Shown: in pieces, positions 25,675-38,826 of the stretch
Position numbering within the stretch: the stretch's first letter is position 1
How the letters are laid out: the number at the start of each line of letters is the position of its first letter
Assembly (NCBI RefSeq): GCF_000485595.1
Contig: NW_014577080.1
Coordinates: 343,423 to 407,422, forward strand
Direction of reading: 5' to 3'
DNA: 64,000 bases
DNA from: Priapulus caudatus
Lineage: Eukaryota
Program-made: the position numbers and the translations under genes
Notes under the pieces: generated by a model
The model's database searches: none
Told to the model about the DNA's origin: nothing
The model's input: the letters and a program-made list of their open reading frames with translations, nothing else

Positions 25675-26137
25675 AATCACGTGTTGAATTGTCATAATCA
25701 GTATATTGATGCGTTTTTAAACTAACATGACTGGATATCATTATTTAATACAAGTCTAATCGAATGATACAATCGCAGACACGTCATATTCCTGTGTATG
25801 TGCGATGTACGCACGCATACTCTATCATCCAAGCAAAGATAACGATTCGGTTTCGCGCTTACACTTGTGTTAATTGCAATATTCACATATAATATAAACA
25901 TATGAATAAATAAGTTTGCGAGCCGTACTATCAATCAGCCACGTCAGTAAATCAATCATAGTTTGCAGAAAACGTCTGCATACTCTACGCAGGTCTATGC
26001 AGGTGCGTACGGCGTCACCTCGTCGTATTTGATTACTCCTCTTCTTCACAGTGTAAACATGGAGCAAACAAACACCAATTTTACTTTACTAAATGTTTTT
26101 AAAAAACTGAGCCGATGCGACTCGATGACGTATAATC

Positions 26138-26260
26138 CGACCACCCGACCACCCGACCACCCGACCACCCGACCACCAGACCACCCGACCACCCGACCAC
26201 CCGACCACCCGAGAACCCGACCACCCGACCACCCGACAACCCGACCACCCGACCACCCGA
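26138..26260. repeat. (CCGACCAC)n 8-bp tandem repeat
   Basis: Direct inspection. Confidence 0.95.
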
Positions 26261-26764
26261 TGTGTAACTAGAGATGGATATGTAATCCGTATATACCTGG
26301 CCGTATTTGCACGTACCTTTCTCCATTCACTGCGAACCAATTCATTTAAGATTCCCATGGGTAATTTTTCATTCATGAGTTATGCAATTGCTGCTTATTG
26401 TATATTCCTTTTACCCGATCACTTATTTTCCGTAATGAATTTGATATGTGAATTTATTATCAGTGCTGTATCCTATGTTACTACCAACATCATGTCATGA
26501 AATTCTACCGTTATAAGTATCACAGCGAGTATATTGTAATCACATGCAGGTATTTATCATAGAGATGCATCAAACGCATTTTTTATGCTCAAGATAAACT
26601 TCACTTGCGTATATATTGTTTTATACGTAATAATATAAAGACAGTACGAGGCTCTGGACCTTATAGAAAGCGACGCATCTTGGCCCAGATATTAAGGAAA
26701 TTTCTATTTAAATCAAGAAGTGGAGATTTTGTGCGTTTTAAGTGTGTTAAAAGAATCCGTCATA

Positions 26765-27145
26765 TTAGATGGATGTTATATAAGAGTTTTACAGAGAATC
26801 ATGTTCCATGGGAGCATATGTCCTATAAGAGTGCATCCGAGAGAAGAATGTTTTGTAGAAGAGCATATTAGCATATATTATATTCTAGAGGAACATCTCT
26901 CCCATGCAGGAGCTTGTAGTTGTTAATGAACATGTCGTATAGAGGAGCATGTTCCTTAGAAAAGCCCATTCTATGGAATCATACCATAGAAGTGCCTGTT
27001 CTAGAGATGTTTTAGACAACCGTGTCAAAGAATTAGAAGAAATCTCAGAGAAGAGTCACCGAGAAAGCTGCAGCAGAGGAGTGTGTTAAATGGAGAAGTG
27101 TGCTAGAGAGCAGTACGTACTGTTCTATAGATAGCGCTTCTAGAA
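26765..27145. repeat. Highly degenerate ~20-bp tandem repeat (TTCTAGAGGAGCAT-like)
   Basis: Recurring CTAGAG/TAGAGGAGCAT motifs at about 20-bp periodicity. Confidence 0.55.
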
Positions 27146-30100
27146 TGCGTCCGAAAAACTGCATTAACGGAGTGTGCCCCAGGGGATTATGCCATGAATC
27201 AAGGTAAAGTTAGATAATAGATTTATTGCATGGCTACAAAGTGGTACAAAACATGATATCAACAAGCGACAAAAAATAGAGGATGATGCATGATATTTAC
27301 GATCACAGATTTATAGTACAGAAATAACCTCTTACAAAAAGTTAATACCTAATGAGAAAGCACGTTCGGCGCGTAATGGCCTGTTTTCAAGTTGGATGGC
27401 ACAGAGTTGCATGAGAGATGCATTGATTATTTGTCAGCTAGGAGAGCAAGTACTTCTATCGCAAACTATATAACAAGACGTCGTTGAAGGTTGCCTAGTC
27501 CTCCAACCTATTGGTTTACACGTACGCTGTTGTAAAAATGAACTAGCAACGTACATAACGCAGAGCTACATTTGACGAGCGATTGCGTTTTTTTAATAAA
27601 TCGTTCTCCGACGAGCAACTGATATTTTCCCCGGCGGGCTTGGCTAAGGCGTCCTTCAGGCGCATACTGCCCAACCCACAGACAGAACTCACGGATTATT
27701 GTAATAACAGCACTACGAGTCAGGCAAGGAAGCTATAACACGACTGTGTGGCATAAAACCCGAGGTACCGCAAAGCACAGGCGCGCAATTAAAGACTCGT
27801 GCGCATGCAGTCACAGAGTCAGGTCGGTGTTGCCACGAAGGCATTGGAATATCGGATGGGCTACCGACCGGGTTTGCCCATGCTCGTGCAGCCGAGCTAC
27901 TTATGTGCATGTGTGTATGTGCACGGACGCGTGTATATACACGCACGCGTGTATGTGCACGCACGCGTGTATGTGCGCGCATGCATGTACATTAGTAGAC
28001 CTGTCGAGCACTACCCTCGCTCCTAGTTGAGCTTCCCAGCTTCATTTACCTTGTTTATGAGTCGCCGATAGTTTATTGATGCAATGGTTTTTGTAGGATT
28101 TTTTGCACATCACATTCCTGATTAGACTTGTCAATTGATACTTCGATCAGATTGGGCTATCGTATTAACAGGAATTGCCAAGATGAACTTTGGTGGTTAC
28201 AGCTAGCACGTTGGGGCGCTGGTTGCAGTTGTATGTAACTGGGTGATGTACTGTGAACCCATTGTTCCAAGGTGCCATCGCCTCCGTGTGTACACGATTC
28301 AGTCGCGGCGTTTCCTTACACCGAAATTCAATTCAGAAATGGTTAAAGTTCACAAGAAGGAAAATAAGAGCATATAAATTAATTATATTGGTGGGATCAT
28401 CTGGAAAAGATGTCCTAGGGATGGAGTATATATACCTTGTAGCAGCATATATCCCTGAGAATCATGACCTGTAGGGGTATATCCTAGACCTAGAGGAATA
28501 GTCCTAGTGGGGCGTGTCACCGTGAGTACGCCCTAATGTCGACAGGAATCCACTTTATTAATGAGATAATAATACGGCATGTCCCCTACTCATATCGTGT
28601 AGAGTCAGAGCTCTGCTATTTATGTTTTCCCAGCTAGCAGCATGCATACATAATAACACGTCTGAAAGATCGCTCCCCCGGTGTTAAACGCACACCAAGG
28701 GTTAGATATCTCTTGCACATCCATCTTAACCCTCCTATCTGACATATTCATCTGCCAACGATAAATGAAAGAGCCCATTATATATTTACCAGAGCTGCTG
28801 CGGGTATGATGACATGTCTTACAAGACTGCTTGGGCTTGCCTTCATTTTCCGAAGTCCCCCAAGAGACTTGCTCACTGAATAAACACTCAATCTGCATTG
28901 CAACGTTTTCTTCCACTCAATCAGCTCCAGAAATGGTAATAATTTTGATACGTGGCTAGCCTAGCAGCTTCTTGCCTCGTGTTCCCAGCGTCGTTATGCG
29001 ACGCGCCCAACTTTTTGCGCCATTTAACATGTGAGTGAACATGTAAAATTGCAATCGTTTTACCGACGAAGGAAATACAAACGGTGTAACTTTGAAATTT
29101 CTGTACCTTAGGTGAATTGTTTTTCTTCACAACTGAAAAGGGTAATCTATGTGGCTGCATATATAATATATAATATAGTATATATATTATTATATATATA
29201 ATAATATAGCACATTTATATTATTTTCTACTGTAAAACACAATTATATCGAAACACATAAATTGGGTATTTTTTATTTAACGCAACGTTAGCTGTTTGTA
29301 TGAATGTAAGGTCACTTTAGGTCAATTAGCTGGCACCTATATTGCTAGCTGTTGTAGATATACCATTATACGCCCTACGTATTTCATGCCCTATCAGCTA
29401 TCCAACTAAGAAAAATTATTTAAAGACAAATGCCGTAAGAAAAAATGATCCGACCATCCACCATTCGTATTAGGTGTCACAAAAGCCACATCACGTCTCC
29501 AAAAACTTCGTTGAACAGCTGACATAACCGGATTTGGAATCAGAAAAAAACGAGCTTATATACGTGTTCCTGTAGCTAAATCGCCAGTTGACAGCGAGAG
29601 AAAACGCACAGTCAGCGTGATCTGATTAACTAAGCGTAAAGTGTACGTTCTGATTCACGCACTAGCGGAGATGCGTGAGCGTTCTCCGAATGCTGTCCCA
29701 CTAGGGATGAAGTTTTTGTATAAAACTTGTCAACGGAGTTAGTTCCCAACGGTTGACTCTAAGTTAGACCGCCAAATATTCAAGGTGCGACAGCGCGCGA
29801 GCGACTGAATGCGATTCGAAAAAAATGTCCAAACCATAAACGACAAGTATTTACACCTCGTTTAAGAATGAATGTTCTGAGCAAATGAAAAACGCTGTGA
29901 TGCAATAAAACGTCTGCAGTTCGATCTGGCGTGTGCCTCGATCGCATGGGCAGTAAAATTTTCGGCGATGCTCTGCGTCTGGCTATATATTGCCTTGCCA
30001 GTCAACAATGATTGAAGACATTTCGTAGATAATAATTATACATTCTATTTACACTATAATTATTCATCTATACTAGTAGGAATATGTCTGTCCTTCAAAT

Positions 30101-33100
30101 TGAATGTCTATGTCAATGTCAATGTCAATGTCAATTTCAATGTTAATTGAGAGTGTGACTGTAGGTCGATTATGACAGCAACGCGTCATCATCATATCAA
30201 GCGATACATGGCTAATCACGTCGTCGCGAGGAATCGAGAAATATATGTAAATTTCTTGGCACTGTAACGTCGCGTGAAGTAATTGTTGTCGCATATATAG
30301 AGAATGATTATTTGCTCTAGTTGTCCAACCAGGGGCTTGTGTAAACGAGATGCTATGTGGCAGTGGCCGGAAAGAACGGCGAGTGTACTGATGCGTGTAA
30401 TAAAAAAAACACGAAACGTCAGCGTTCTTGCTCATCTCTTAGATTGCCTATTACTTCACATAACGAGGGTGATGTGGGTAATGAAATTAGGTTGGCAGCA
30501 ATATCGTAATGGGGAAAGTCTAGGAAGCGTAATTGTCTAGGAGTATCCGTTAAACAAAAAAGACCAAATGAAGCTAAATAATTGCCTATAAATAGGACTC
30601 TTGCTATTCAGGGAACTATATAATTAATGACACGGACAGTTCAAATGTTGTTTTTTATTTAACATTTACCGCATTATTTTTAAATAGTTTAATTGCAATC
30701 GGTGGGAGCCGTATGAGCTAGTTCATCTCATACTGTACATCTATTCATAAACTCTTGCATAGAAGTACGTAGCATTTATAACACTGAAGTCGCCGTTTCC
30801 CGCAATATCTAGGAGCCTCATTGACGAATTAGTCTACGTTATGTTTACAATCTGGATTTGTGCGTAGTAGTAATCTTTTTCGACTAACGTACGTAGGTCC
30901 TGATGATTAAGTTTATAAGTACCTTCATTTGTATTCAGTATATAGTTTGACATCGGGCCAGGATGGTGGTGCCGTTACAATGAGCTAAGGTTTATGTTTA
31001 GTTTAGTATAACAACATATTTTTCAACATATATTTTGCGATGCGATCATTGGACTGTGGTTGGGGTTAGAGGGATCCTCTCTAGGTTGCATGTTTTAATT
31101 TGTTATTTTTTTAAATGTTTTTATTTGCTTTAAACCCGCCGTATTATTACATAATATACAGTTAGAGGTCCGACGTTAAACTTCGCGTGAGGAAAAAAGT
31201 CTATGATGTATTCAGATTCAATGCGTTAACTCATCTCCACTGAATCTAATGTGAAATCTTTTCAAATTTAAAATCGTAGCATTGTATGTAGAGCTCCTAT
31301 GGGAATATTTCTTAGTAATCGCTTGCTGGCATGCCTAAGCCTATACCTTGTCTGAATCGCCTGGCAATGGGTTCTTTTCCATTCAGTCATATCATCGCAG
31401 AGATAACTGCAACCGATCAGTAATACATCTGGTTCAAGCCAATATCATATCTTGAATTGGGGTTCATATGGATATATGGAGTTTTGCGTGCATGGGAAAT
31501 TGGCTGGGCAACGTCGTTAACTGGGAGATGCTCGAAGCGTTATTCAATTACAAGAAATCACCTCCTTTGATTGCGGGCGGAGTCAACTTGCCTATATAGA
31601 GCGCAAAGCATCGCGGTCCGCTGTTATCATATTCTGACGTCACTTCTGCTGGCGTCACTTCCCCTGTCGGAACTTAATTAAATTCGTGAGTGGGGTCTCT
31701 ACATAAAGGCATTCTAGCAGTGTGTGTAGAGTATGGGGGCGCTAGCGGTTATGAACTGTGCATGGTTTCACGCGGTCTGCATCCGTCAACACGTGCTGTC
31801 AGTTTGACTTAAAGTTGGCACCTTATGCGGACTACTGCGGGTAATATAATTTAAAAATACCTCTTTGATGGAAATTAGATTTCTGTAAATTGCCTATTTA
31901 TGGGCAGAGAAATCAATATAGAGTGTGCAAAAACGTTTCGCACTTACATGCGATGTCTTTTAAGTTAGATGAAATGGTAATGGCGGTTCATCGAACTATT
32001 CACAGTGTTGGTGGCAGTCCATGAAGCCGCGGTAAAACGACACATGGCTGACAGCCAGCACGTTCTAGTGGTACGGTGCAGTTTATTGTGTTACGGGTGC
32101 GATCTGCTGTGATAAATCTAAACCGCTAAAGCAAAATGATTCCGTACATTCCTCGCACGCTAAACGCGTTGAAGCACTGCGATTTTTAGTTAAGTTCATC
32201 TCTGATTGCTAATGTACGCTCTGTTATGCGCTTATGCGAATACCAGATGTACGTTCGTGCACGAATGATAGACGTTCTGCTGTAGGGAGAGAAGACGAGC
32301 GTAGGTGAGTAGACAGTTTGCCAGGAGAGATTATATGTTGTACTGTATGCGTTTCTCTTTTCTTATTAGCGCGCAAAATTGCAAGAGACTAAAGTCGAAT
32401 GGCTTCTGACGAAGAAATGCCGTATAATTTTATGATAATAAAAGACTCTTTGTAGACATGTAGTTTCTGCTTTGACTGCACAGAGGTACTCTTTATAGTG
32501 CACTGATCCTCTAGCAGTTGGAAGTAAATGGGAAAGCGACTGCAATCTGGATCTGCGATCGCGGACAAAAAGCCACTGTTTGCGGCAAAGTGCACGCTGC
32601 GTGGGTGCATGTAGCTGATGCAGTTTGTTTAGGCAGACCCCTGAACAATGTTCACGTACGTCTCTGTGATCACAGTTACCGTACATAAGGCGCGAGTTAG
32701 TTTCTATTTCACGTTTAGATAAGTGGGACTTTGTATGAAATTGCAGCTTAGGTGCGTAACTTGGTAATGAGTACGTTGCATTCACCTAACGAAATGTGCA
32801 GTGATTTGGTGACGCAAGTGTATTTTTTTTATATGAGCAACCATGTAGAACATATCGCATATATCATATGCCCTCTTGCACAATGTGAACGATGCTAAAA
32901 TGTTAAGGGTTGCTAGAACTGCGTCATTTTGGGCAATGGGATAGCAAACATCGCGAATGCATTCCCGGTGCGAACTGTTCTCGTGTATATATCCCGCAGT
33001 GTTTCAAGCCAACATAATTATTATGTACTAATAATTGTAAACGCTATCACACTCTGCATGACGTTTCGGTTTGTCACGAGTGATAATGCACTGCATTTTT

Positions 33101-33253
33101 AAGAGCGCTTCAAAGTAGCAAGTGATTGATTTTAAAACTATCGTTTTTCCTTGTCAATTACATGCTTGTTTTTTTTCTTTGTGAGCCATATTGCATATGT
33201 GAAGCGACAGATGATTGTGTGGATATTCTAGATGCTGCATACATATATAATAT

Positions 33254-33293
33254 CAAGAGCGTATAAAGAAGGATCCTTCTTTATACGCTCTTG
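33254..33293. mobile_element. Perfect 40-bp palindrome: the outer 20 bp of each TIR of the 34089-34938 element family
   Basis: CAAGAGCGTATAAAGAAGGA|TCCTTCTTTATACGCTCTTG; flanks ATAATAT/ATAATAA. Confidence 0.9.
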
Positions 33294-34088
33294 ATAATAA
33301 TTATTCAGAAATGCTCAGAAATCTCGTGGCGTGTCACCCACGCGGCGCTTTACATTTTAAGCCGCGTGATTGTTGAGATATCGCGTTCAGAGATGATGTA
33401 CCTTTTTACATCAAAGTCGAATTAATTTCGTAATATTATCACACCGATTTTCCCGCAGCACTTGCCGGCAATAAACCGCAGAGCATTAACATGCACTCCA
33501 GGTTTTTGCCATTATAATTCCTAGTATAGAGTTATATAATGAGTCACGGGATTGTTTGCAGAGGAGCTAGAAGCTTGCCACATTAAGATCACTTATTTAT
33601 TAAATTTGAAAATTACACACAATTTAAGTGCGGCTTCGTTCATACTTTGAACATAATTAACCATTCCGGCTTGGCATCAAGAGATATCGACCAGTGATGA
33701 ATTTTTTTTTCAGAGGATATAACCTGGAAAATGTCCAATTCAGTTCTGTGGTCTTGATAAAAAACGAAAAATATGGGTAGCTTGCTACAATTAAAATTGG
33801 CAGGATTTAAAATGTTCTTCCTTCTGTCCCTATAACCGTATAACACGAAGGCATATTTCTCTATTATTCTATATTTCTATAATAATATATAGCTATATCT
33901 CTATATATTTATATACCTATATATCTATATATCTATATATTATATATCTATATATTATATATCTATATATATAGCTATAGTATATTTCTATATTAAGCTT
34001 ACATTTCTCTAGTGTATATACAATATATTTTATTTTATTTTATTTTATAATTTACGTTTATGTATAAACTTATATATGTACATATAAT

Positions 34089-34938
34089 CAAGAGTGTAAA
34101 AAGAAGGAGAGCGTACAACGGTGAAATGCTGAAACGATGTTGCAGTATTAGTCGAATTAATAAACTTTCCCCGTTTTATTTTGACGATTCTTTGCAGTAT
34201 TGGAGCATTCTTAGCACTGTCTCTCGCTTTGTGACCAGTGTGTTGCTTCCGGTCGCCGCTGTTTAGCGCCATGGTAGCGCGGACTTACGTCAGTACTAGT
34301 AGGTCTCAGGGGAGAGATAGTGAATGTAGAAATAAGTTGTGGATATAGAAATCAGTTAACCCTAACCCTAACCTTAACCCTAACCCTAACCCTAATCCTA
34401 ACCTTATCTCTAATTCTAAAATAAAACAAAATTAGCCAAAAATAATAAATAATAAAATAAATAAGAGACAAAATTAGCCAATCAGAGCCGTCCCCTAGCG
34501 GATCACTATCTCTCCCTTGTGCAAAATTCCGTCGGTACTGCAGAGTTTACTATACATCCAGCGTGAGGTGGGCGTGAGGTGGGCGTCATCACTATATGGC
34601 AATCAATAACTAACGTCATTTATTCCATTTGTCAATCATTGACGGAAACACGCGAGGTTTCTCGAAGTTATCTCAAAGCGAGAGACAGTCGCTGTCAGCA
34701 GGTATCTCGAGTCGGTTTTCGGCGAAAATACCAGATGTTCACCGCTCATTATCTCAGCGTAGGGGCATCGTAGGGACATGCGGTTTGTTTTATATTAACA
34801 ATGTAGCTAGGACAGCTTATCAATAATACTGCAAAGAATCGTCAAAATAAAACAGGGGAAAGTTTATTAATTCGACTAATACTGCAACATGGTTTCAGCA
34901 TTTCACCGTTGTAAGCTCTCCTTCTTTATACGCTCTTG
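34089..34938. mobile_element. 850-bp non-autonomous TIR element (P-like: CA...TG ends, 7-bp TSD)
   Basis: About 113-bp TIRs (34089-34201 and 34826-34938); perfect TSD ATATAAT. Confidence 0.92.
34307..34519. mobile_element. Nested TIR element containing (TAACCC)n
   Basis: CAGGGGAGAGATAGTGA...TCACTATCTCTCCCTTG; telomere-like repeats at 34357-34403; no clear TSD. Confidence 0.7.
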
Positions 34939-35354
34939 ATATAATGTATATATATCGCATGGTTATATCGTTTATATATATATACCGTAAATAGCTAAAG
35001 TCTAGTTGTTTTCCACATGTCTTATGACACAACTTTTTTTCAAATTTGATTTGCCTTATAGCATATGTTTATAAAATCCACCCACTTGATTAGGTTTTCT
35101 TCGGGAGGCGGGGTGCTAGTGCGCTCTGATTCGCAACAAAGACACTAATACGGTCAATGACTTAGTATTGTCGTGCTTCGAGGTTATGTTTTATTTCCAG
35201 GCGTGTTGTGTGTGCCAGAGTGTGTTCTCATATCGATTTATTTCACTGCGCTGTAGAATAGCATCCGCACAATGTGTGAACTGTGGGATGATTGCGTCTC
35301 ACGGGACCTAAGAGCCTGCCTGTTCATTGTCAGTCCGCGTCTACTGCAGTTATT

Positions 35355-35359
35355 TATAT

Positions 35360-35433
<74 letters not shown>
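35355..35433. repeat. (TA)n(GA)n microsatellite
   Basis: Direct inspection. Confidence 0.95.
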
Positions 35434-35436
<3 letters not shown>

Positions 35437-36017
35437 GCCTGGCCGTTATTTGTATCACGGTAAACTGGAATAACCACGAGTCCGGCGGTTGTGAAGCCAA
35501 AGTGTCGTGCTGTCATCATGCGTCGTTCGTAACTAAAAGTTCGGGTTCTTTTCTGTTTTAGATGCAGTCATCGGCATCTGACGGTATTCATTCCACTCTT
35601 GTACGGCGATCGCCCCCTGTTGGCGTTCACCGCTACATAGGTAGCAGCAGCACGAGGAATTGCGTCCCTAATGTCCCCTTCTTATGACCACAGTGTCTTC
35701 ATTATTCATGGCTGTCTTTTCCAATTTGCTTCCGAAATTTCCCAGGCAATTTAGGCGCGCACGAGGGATCTTTAGCTTCTTTATTGTAGTACGTACGACC
35801 ATCGCTGGGTCGGAACATTTTTCTGATATATCCGCAGAGAATGGCTCATATCTCACTTGATCCACGCCAGCGGCAATGATGGGAGCGCATAGCTACGCAA
35901 ACATATTACACAAATTGAATCTCTCTATGCAAATTAATTGTCGCTGCGTACGACAAAGTAAGTAAGAAGCAGCACCTGGCTTATAGTGTATACGGGGTAA
36001 GGTTAGTGTGACGCTAG

Positions 36018-36379
36018 CAGGGTGCGAAATTAACGGGAGTCCGGAGTCAAATACTCCCTGATTTACTGTCGGACTCCCTGATTTGACATATATGCAGGAG
36101 TCCGTATGACTCTCTGAAAATTCTGCCATACTAACTAGTTCGTTCCAGAGCACGGCCTCGCAGAATTACTGTACGTTTTTCAGCAAATGTCCAAAGAAAA
36201 TTTGGCAGACATGCAACCGCATGAATCTTTAAAATATGCACATGCGTTATTGTTAATATCTTTAATTTTGAACTTCAGACTGCGGACTCCGTCATTTTGC
36301 TGCGGACTCCCTCTTTTTGTGGGTATAGGTTGTAGGTTTCCGTTGGACTCCCGTGTTTAAAAGTTAATTTCTACCCCTG
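36018..36379. mobile_element. hAT-like MITE, TIR CAGGGTGCGAAATTAAC...GTTAATTTCTACCCCTG
   Basis: Imperfect 17-bp TIR, repeated subterminal GGACTCC/GGAGTCC motifs; flanks CGCTAG/CGCTAA. Confidence 0.82.
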
Positions 36380-36694
36380 CGCTAAAGATGAGAGAAGGTG
36401 AGCGATGCTGCTCGTGTGGGAAAGCTGATACGTTTGCATCGCCTCAGTCTTCGTCGTTTCGATCTCGCGCGCGTGTGTCTCGTCATCTCGTCTTGGCAAC
36501 GAGAAATTAATGAGCCTGACGAAGGTAGGCGTGAGTAGAAGGTAGCTATAGCGAGCTATACACGCGTGCGGACGGTCTGGCTGCTCGCTGGTTACCTCGC
36601 GAGGTAATGTTTTCATCGGCGTGTGTTTGAGTGTTGGTTTGTGGGTTTGTTAACATGCACGTTTCAGTTCACTTCCGCTAGGTGTGCTGGCTGT

Positions 36695-36906
36695 AGACTT
36701 ACAAACACGCAACCACAGGCTAAGGGGCAACCACAGTCCTCCCCCACCTGCACGCTCGCACTAATTCCGGATCCAATTAATTATTTATTTAATTAATTAA
36801 TTAATTAATTTTTCCACTTAATTAATTAATTAATTAATTAATAAAAATTTCACATTGAGAGAATTCAGCTGCCTTAGCGGAGGTCTGTGCTCTCCGAGTG
36901 CTCTAG
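36695..36906 (+). mobile_element. Non-autonomous Helitron-type element (3' end)
   Basis: 3' hairpin CGGAG-GTCTGTGCT-CTCCG followed by GTGCTCTAG|T; internal (TTAA)n; 5' boundary approximate. Confidence 0.65.
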
Positions 36907-37374
36907 TTTGCTCCATGCAATGATTCACCAGCCACGCGATTTCCCGGGTACATTCTGAACGCTTGCTTACTAAATACGTTTGCTCATTGTGTATAACTGT
37001 GTTATGTCACAATTTATTGTGTGACACGGAAATGCACTGTTTTATTCAATCGCCGCCTCCTGCTTTCATCCAGCGTTGCCCTTTCTTCGAGTATTGCTAG
37101 TTTGCTAACAAGGCTGGGGCATTTACTATGGAAGCCATGTAATACGTCATTTCCTTTCTTTCGTCTGCGTTTGAGGTTATGGCGCACATTGGCGTTGTAG
37201 TTTACAATCCTATTGTTGGCTCTAAAGGAACCTGATACCATTTCATGTCAAGTCGCACCACAGATGATGCGTGCTGTGAGATGTATGATGATCAAAAACG
37301 GGGACTCATTATTTCTGATGCTGTCGAGCGCTGCTGGCGCACACAGAAAGGCAACAAGACAACAAGATGTTTTT

Positions 37375-37402
37375 ATGTGTGTGTGTGTGCGTGTGTGTGT
37401 GT

Positions 37403-37446
<44 letters not shown>

Positions 37447-37615
37447 TGTGTGGTGTGTGCGCGCGGGGGGCGTGCGTGCGTGGGCGTGCGTGCGTGCGTG
37501 CGTGCGTGGGCGTGTGTGAGTGAGTGAGTGAGTGAGTGAGTGAGTGAGTGAGTGAGTGAGTGCGTACGTGCGTGCGTGCGTGCGGGCGGGCGTGCATGCG
37601 TGCATGCGTGCGTGC
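37375..37615. repeat. Compound (GT)n/(GCGT)n/(GAGT)n microsatellite just upstream of the Ig1 exon
   Basis: Direct inspection. Confidence 0.95.
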
Positions 37616-37675
37616 CTATTTGTGTCTACATACATGCCTGAATATCATTATGAATTTTCTGTCTCATTGTTGTAG

Positions 37676-37811
37676 GTCGCGTTCGAAGGGCGCCCCCTGC
37701 TGGTAGTCCGACTGTGCCAGGAATCGTTGGCGAGAGTGCAACACTGCCCTGTGTCGTTCACTTTCCAGGGAATGACAGAGTTGACTTCGTGGTACAGTGG
37801 GATAGGAAAGG
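37676..37811 (+). CDS. tutl: Turtle-like exon: Ig1 N-terminal part (G)RVRRAPPAGSPTVPGIVGESATLPCVVHFPGNDRVDFVVQWDRKG
   Basis: Acceptor TTGTTGTAG, donor GG|GTAAGT; Ig B-strand GESATLPC and C-strand W. Confidence 0.92.
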
Positions 37812-38757
37812 GTAAGTATATATAGGTAGGATGTGAGGGTGGGTATAGGTGTGAGGGTGGGTAGAGTGGTTAGCACGTACTGCCAGCATATGACGGATAC
37901 TATATGGATAAAGCTACAGTCGTTATTTAACAGCTTCACGCCATATAGAGCGTAGGATTACACTCGTGTGATCGATATACAGCTAATTGGTGACGCAAGT
38001 AGGATGATTCTTCACAATTCGCTACATGAGGAATCCGAGGTGAGACATATAATGATGAGCCAGCTTACACGCAATCTGAACATTGCATGACAGCAGGTGC
38101 ATGCGGATGCAAACGCAGCCAATGAAGAAAATGTGATGTCTGCATACACGATCAGTACAGGTCACGAGGTTTGAACGAAGAGTAGTCATTATTGTGTTTA
38201 CAACTGAATTATTCGTACATAAATATAGAACCTACAAAACTAAAGTATCTAACCATAATCAAAGGGATTCCGTCAACAACACATGCCTATATAGTAAAAT
38301 CAACTATGCGCTGGTTGCACGTCCTATGTTCCTATATTATCACTCGTATATCCTAATCAATGTCTGTGGAAATAACCATGTCGCTATAGCATTAGCAGGC
38401 AGGCATAACACCTATATCAATTTACTTCTTTCGTTTCTCATGTTTGCAGTGTGCAGAACTGTGTTGTGTAGCAGAGAATGTGTATATTCAAGCATAATTC
38501 TCTCACCTTGGATAAGGAATTTATTTTCTTGGCAATTATCATCGCGCAATTTGCGATCGACAAGCCAGCGAAATAGCCATTCATATTTCGCCAGAAATTA
38601 TTTATATATACTGGACGATGATTGATTCTGAATAATGTATAGAAACTTGCACTCGTTTGCAAACATACCCCCGTGCACGTGGCAGTGGTTCCATATCATG
38701 CAGAACGTTCACCTAATGATTCCGTTTCGTCTTCCGTTTTTTTCATTATCATACTAT

Positions 38758-38826
38758 CAGGAGTAAGATAATATAGGCCTTATATTATAATATAATAATA
38801 ATATAATATAATATATCTTACTCCTG
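38758..38826. mobile_element. Mini TIR remnant CAGGAG...CTCCTG (69 bp)
   Basis: CAGGAGTAAGATA...TATCTTACTCCTG, AT filler, perfect TSD ATACTAT. Confidence 0.88.

Noticed and set aside
34357..34403. True telomere or chromosome fusion site
   Set aside because: Short, degenerate and enclosed within a TIR element.
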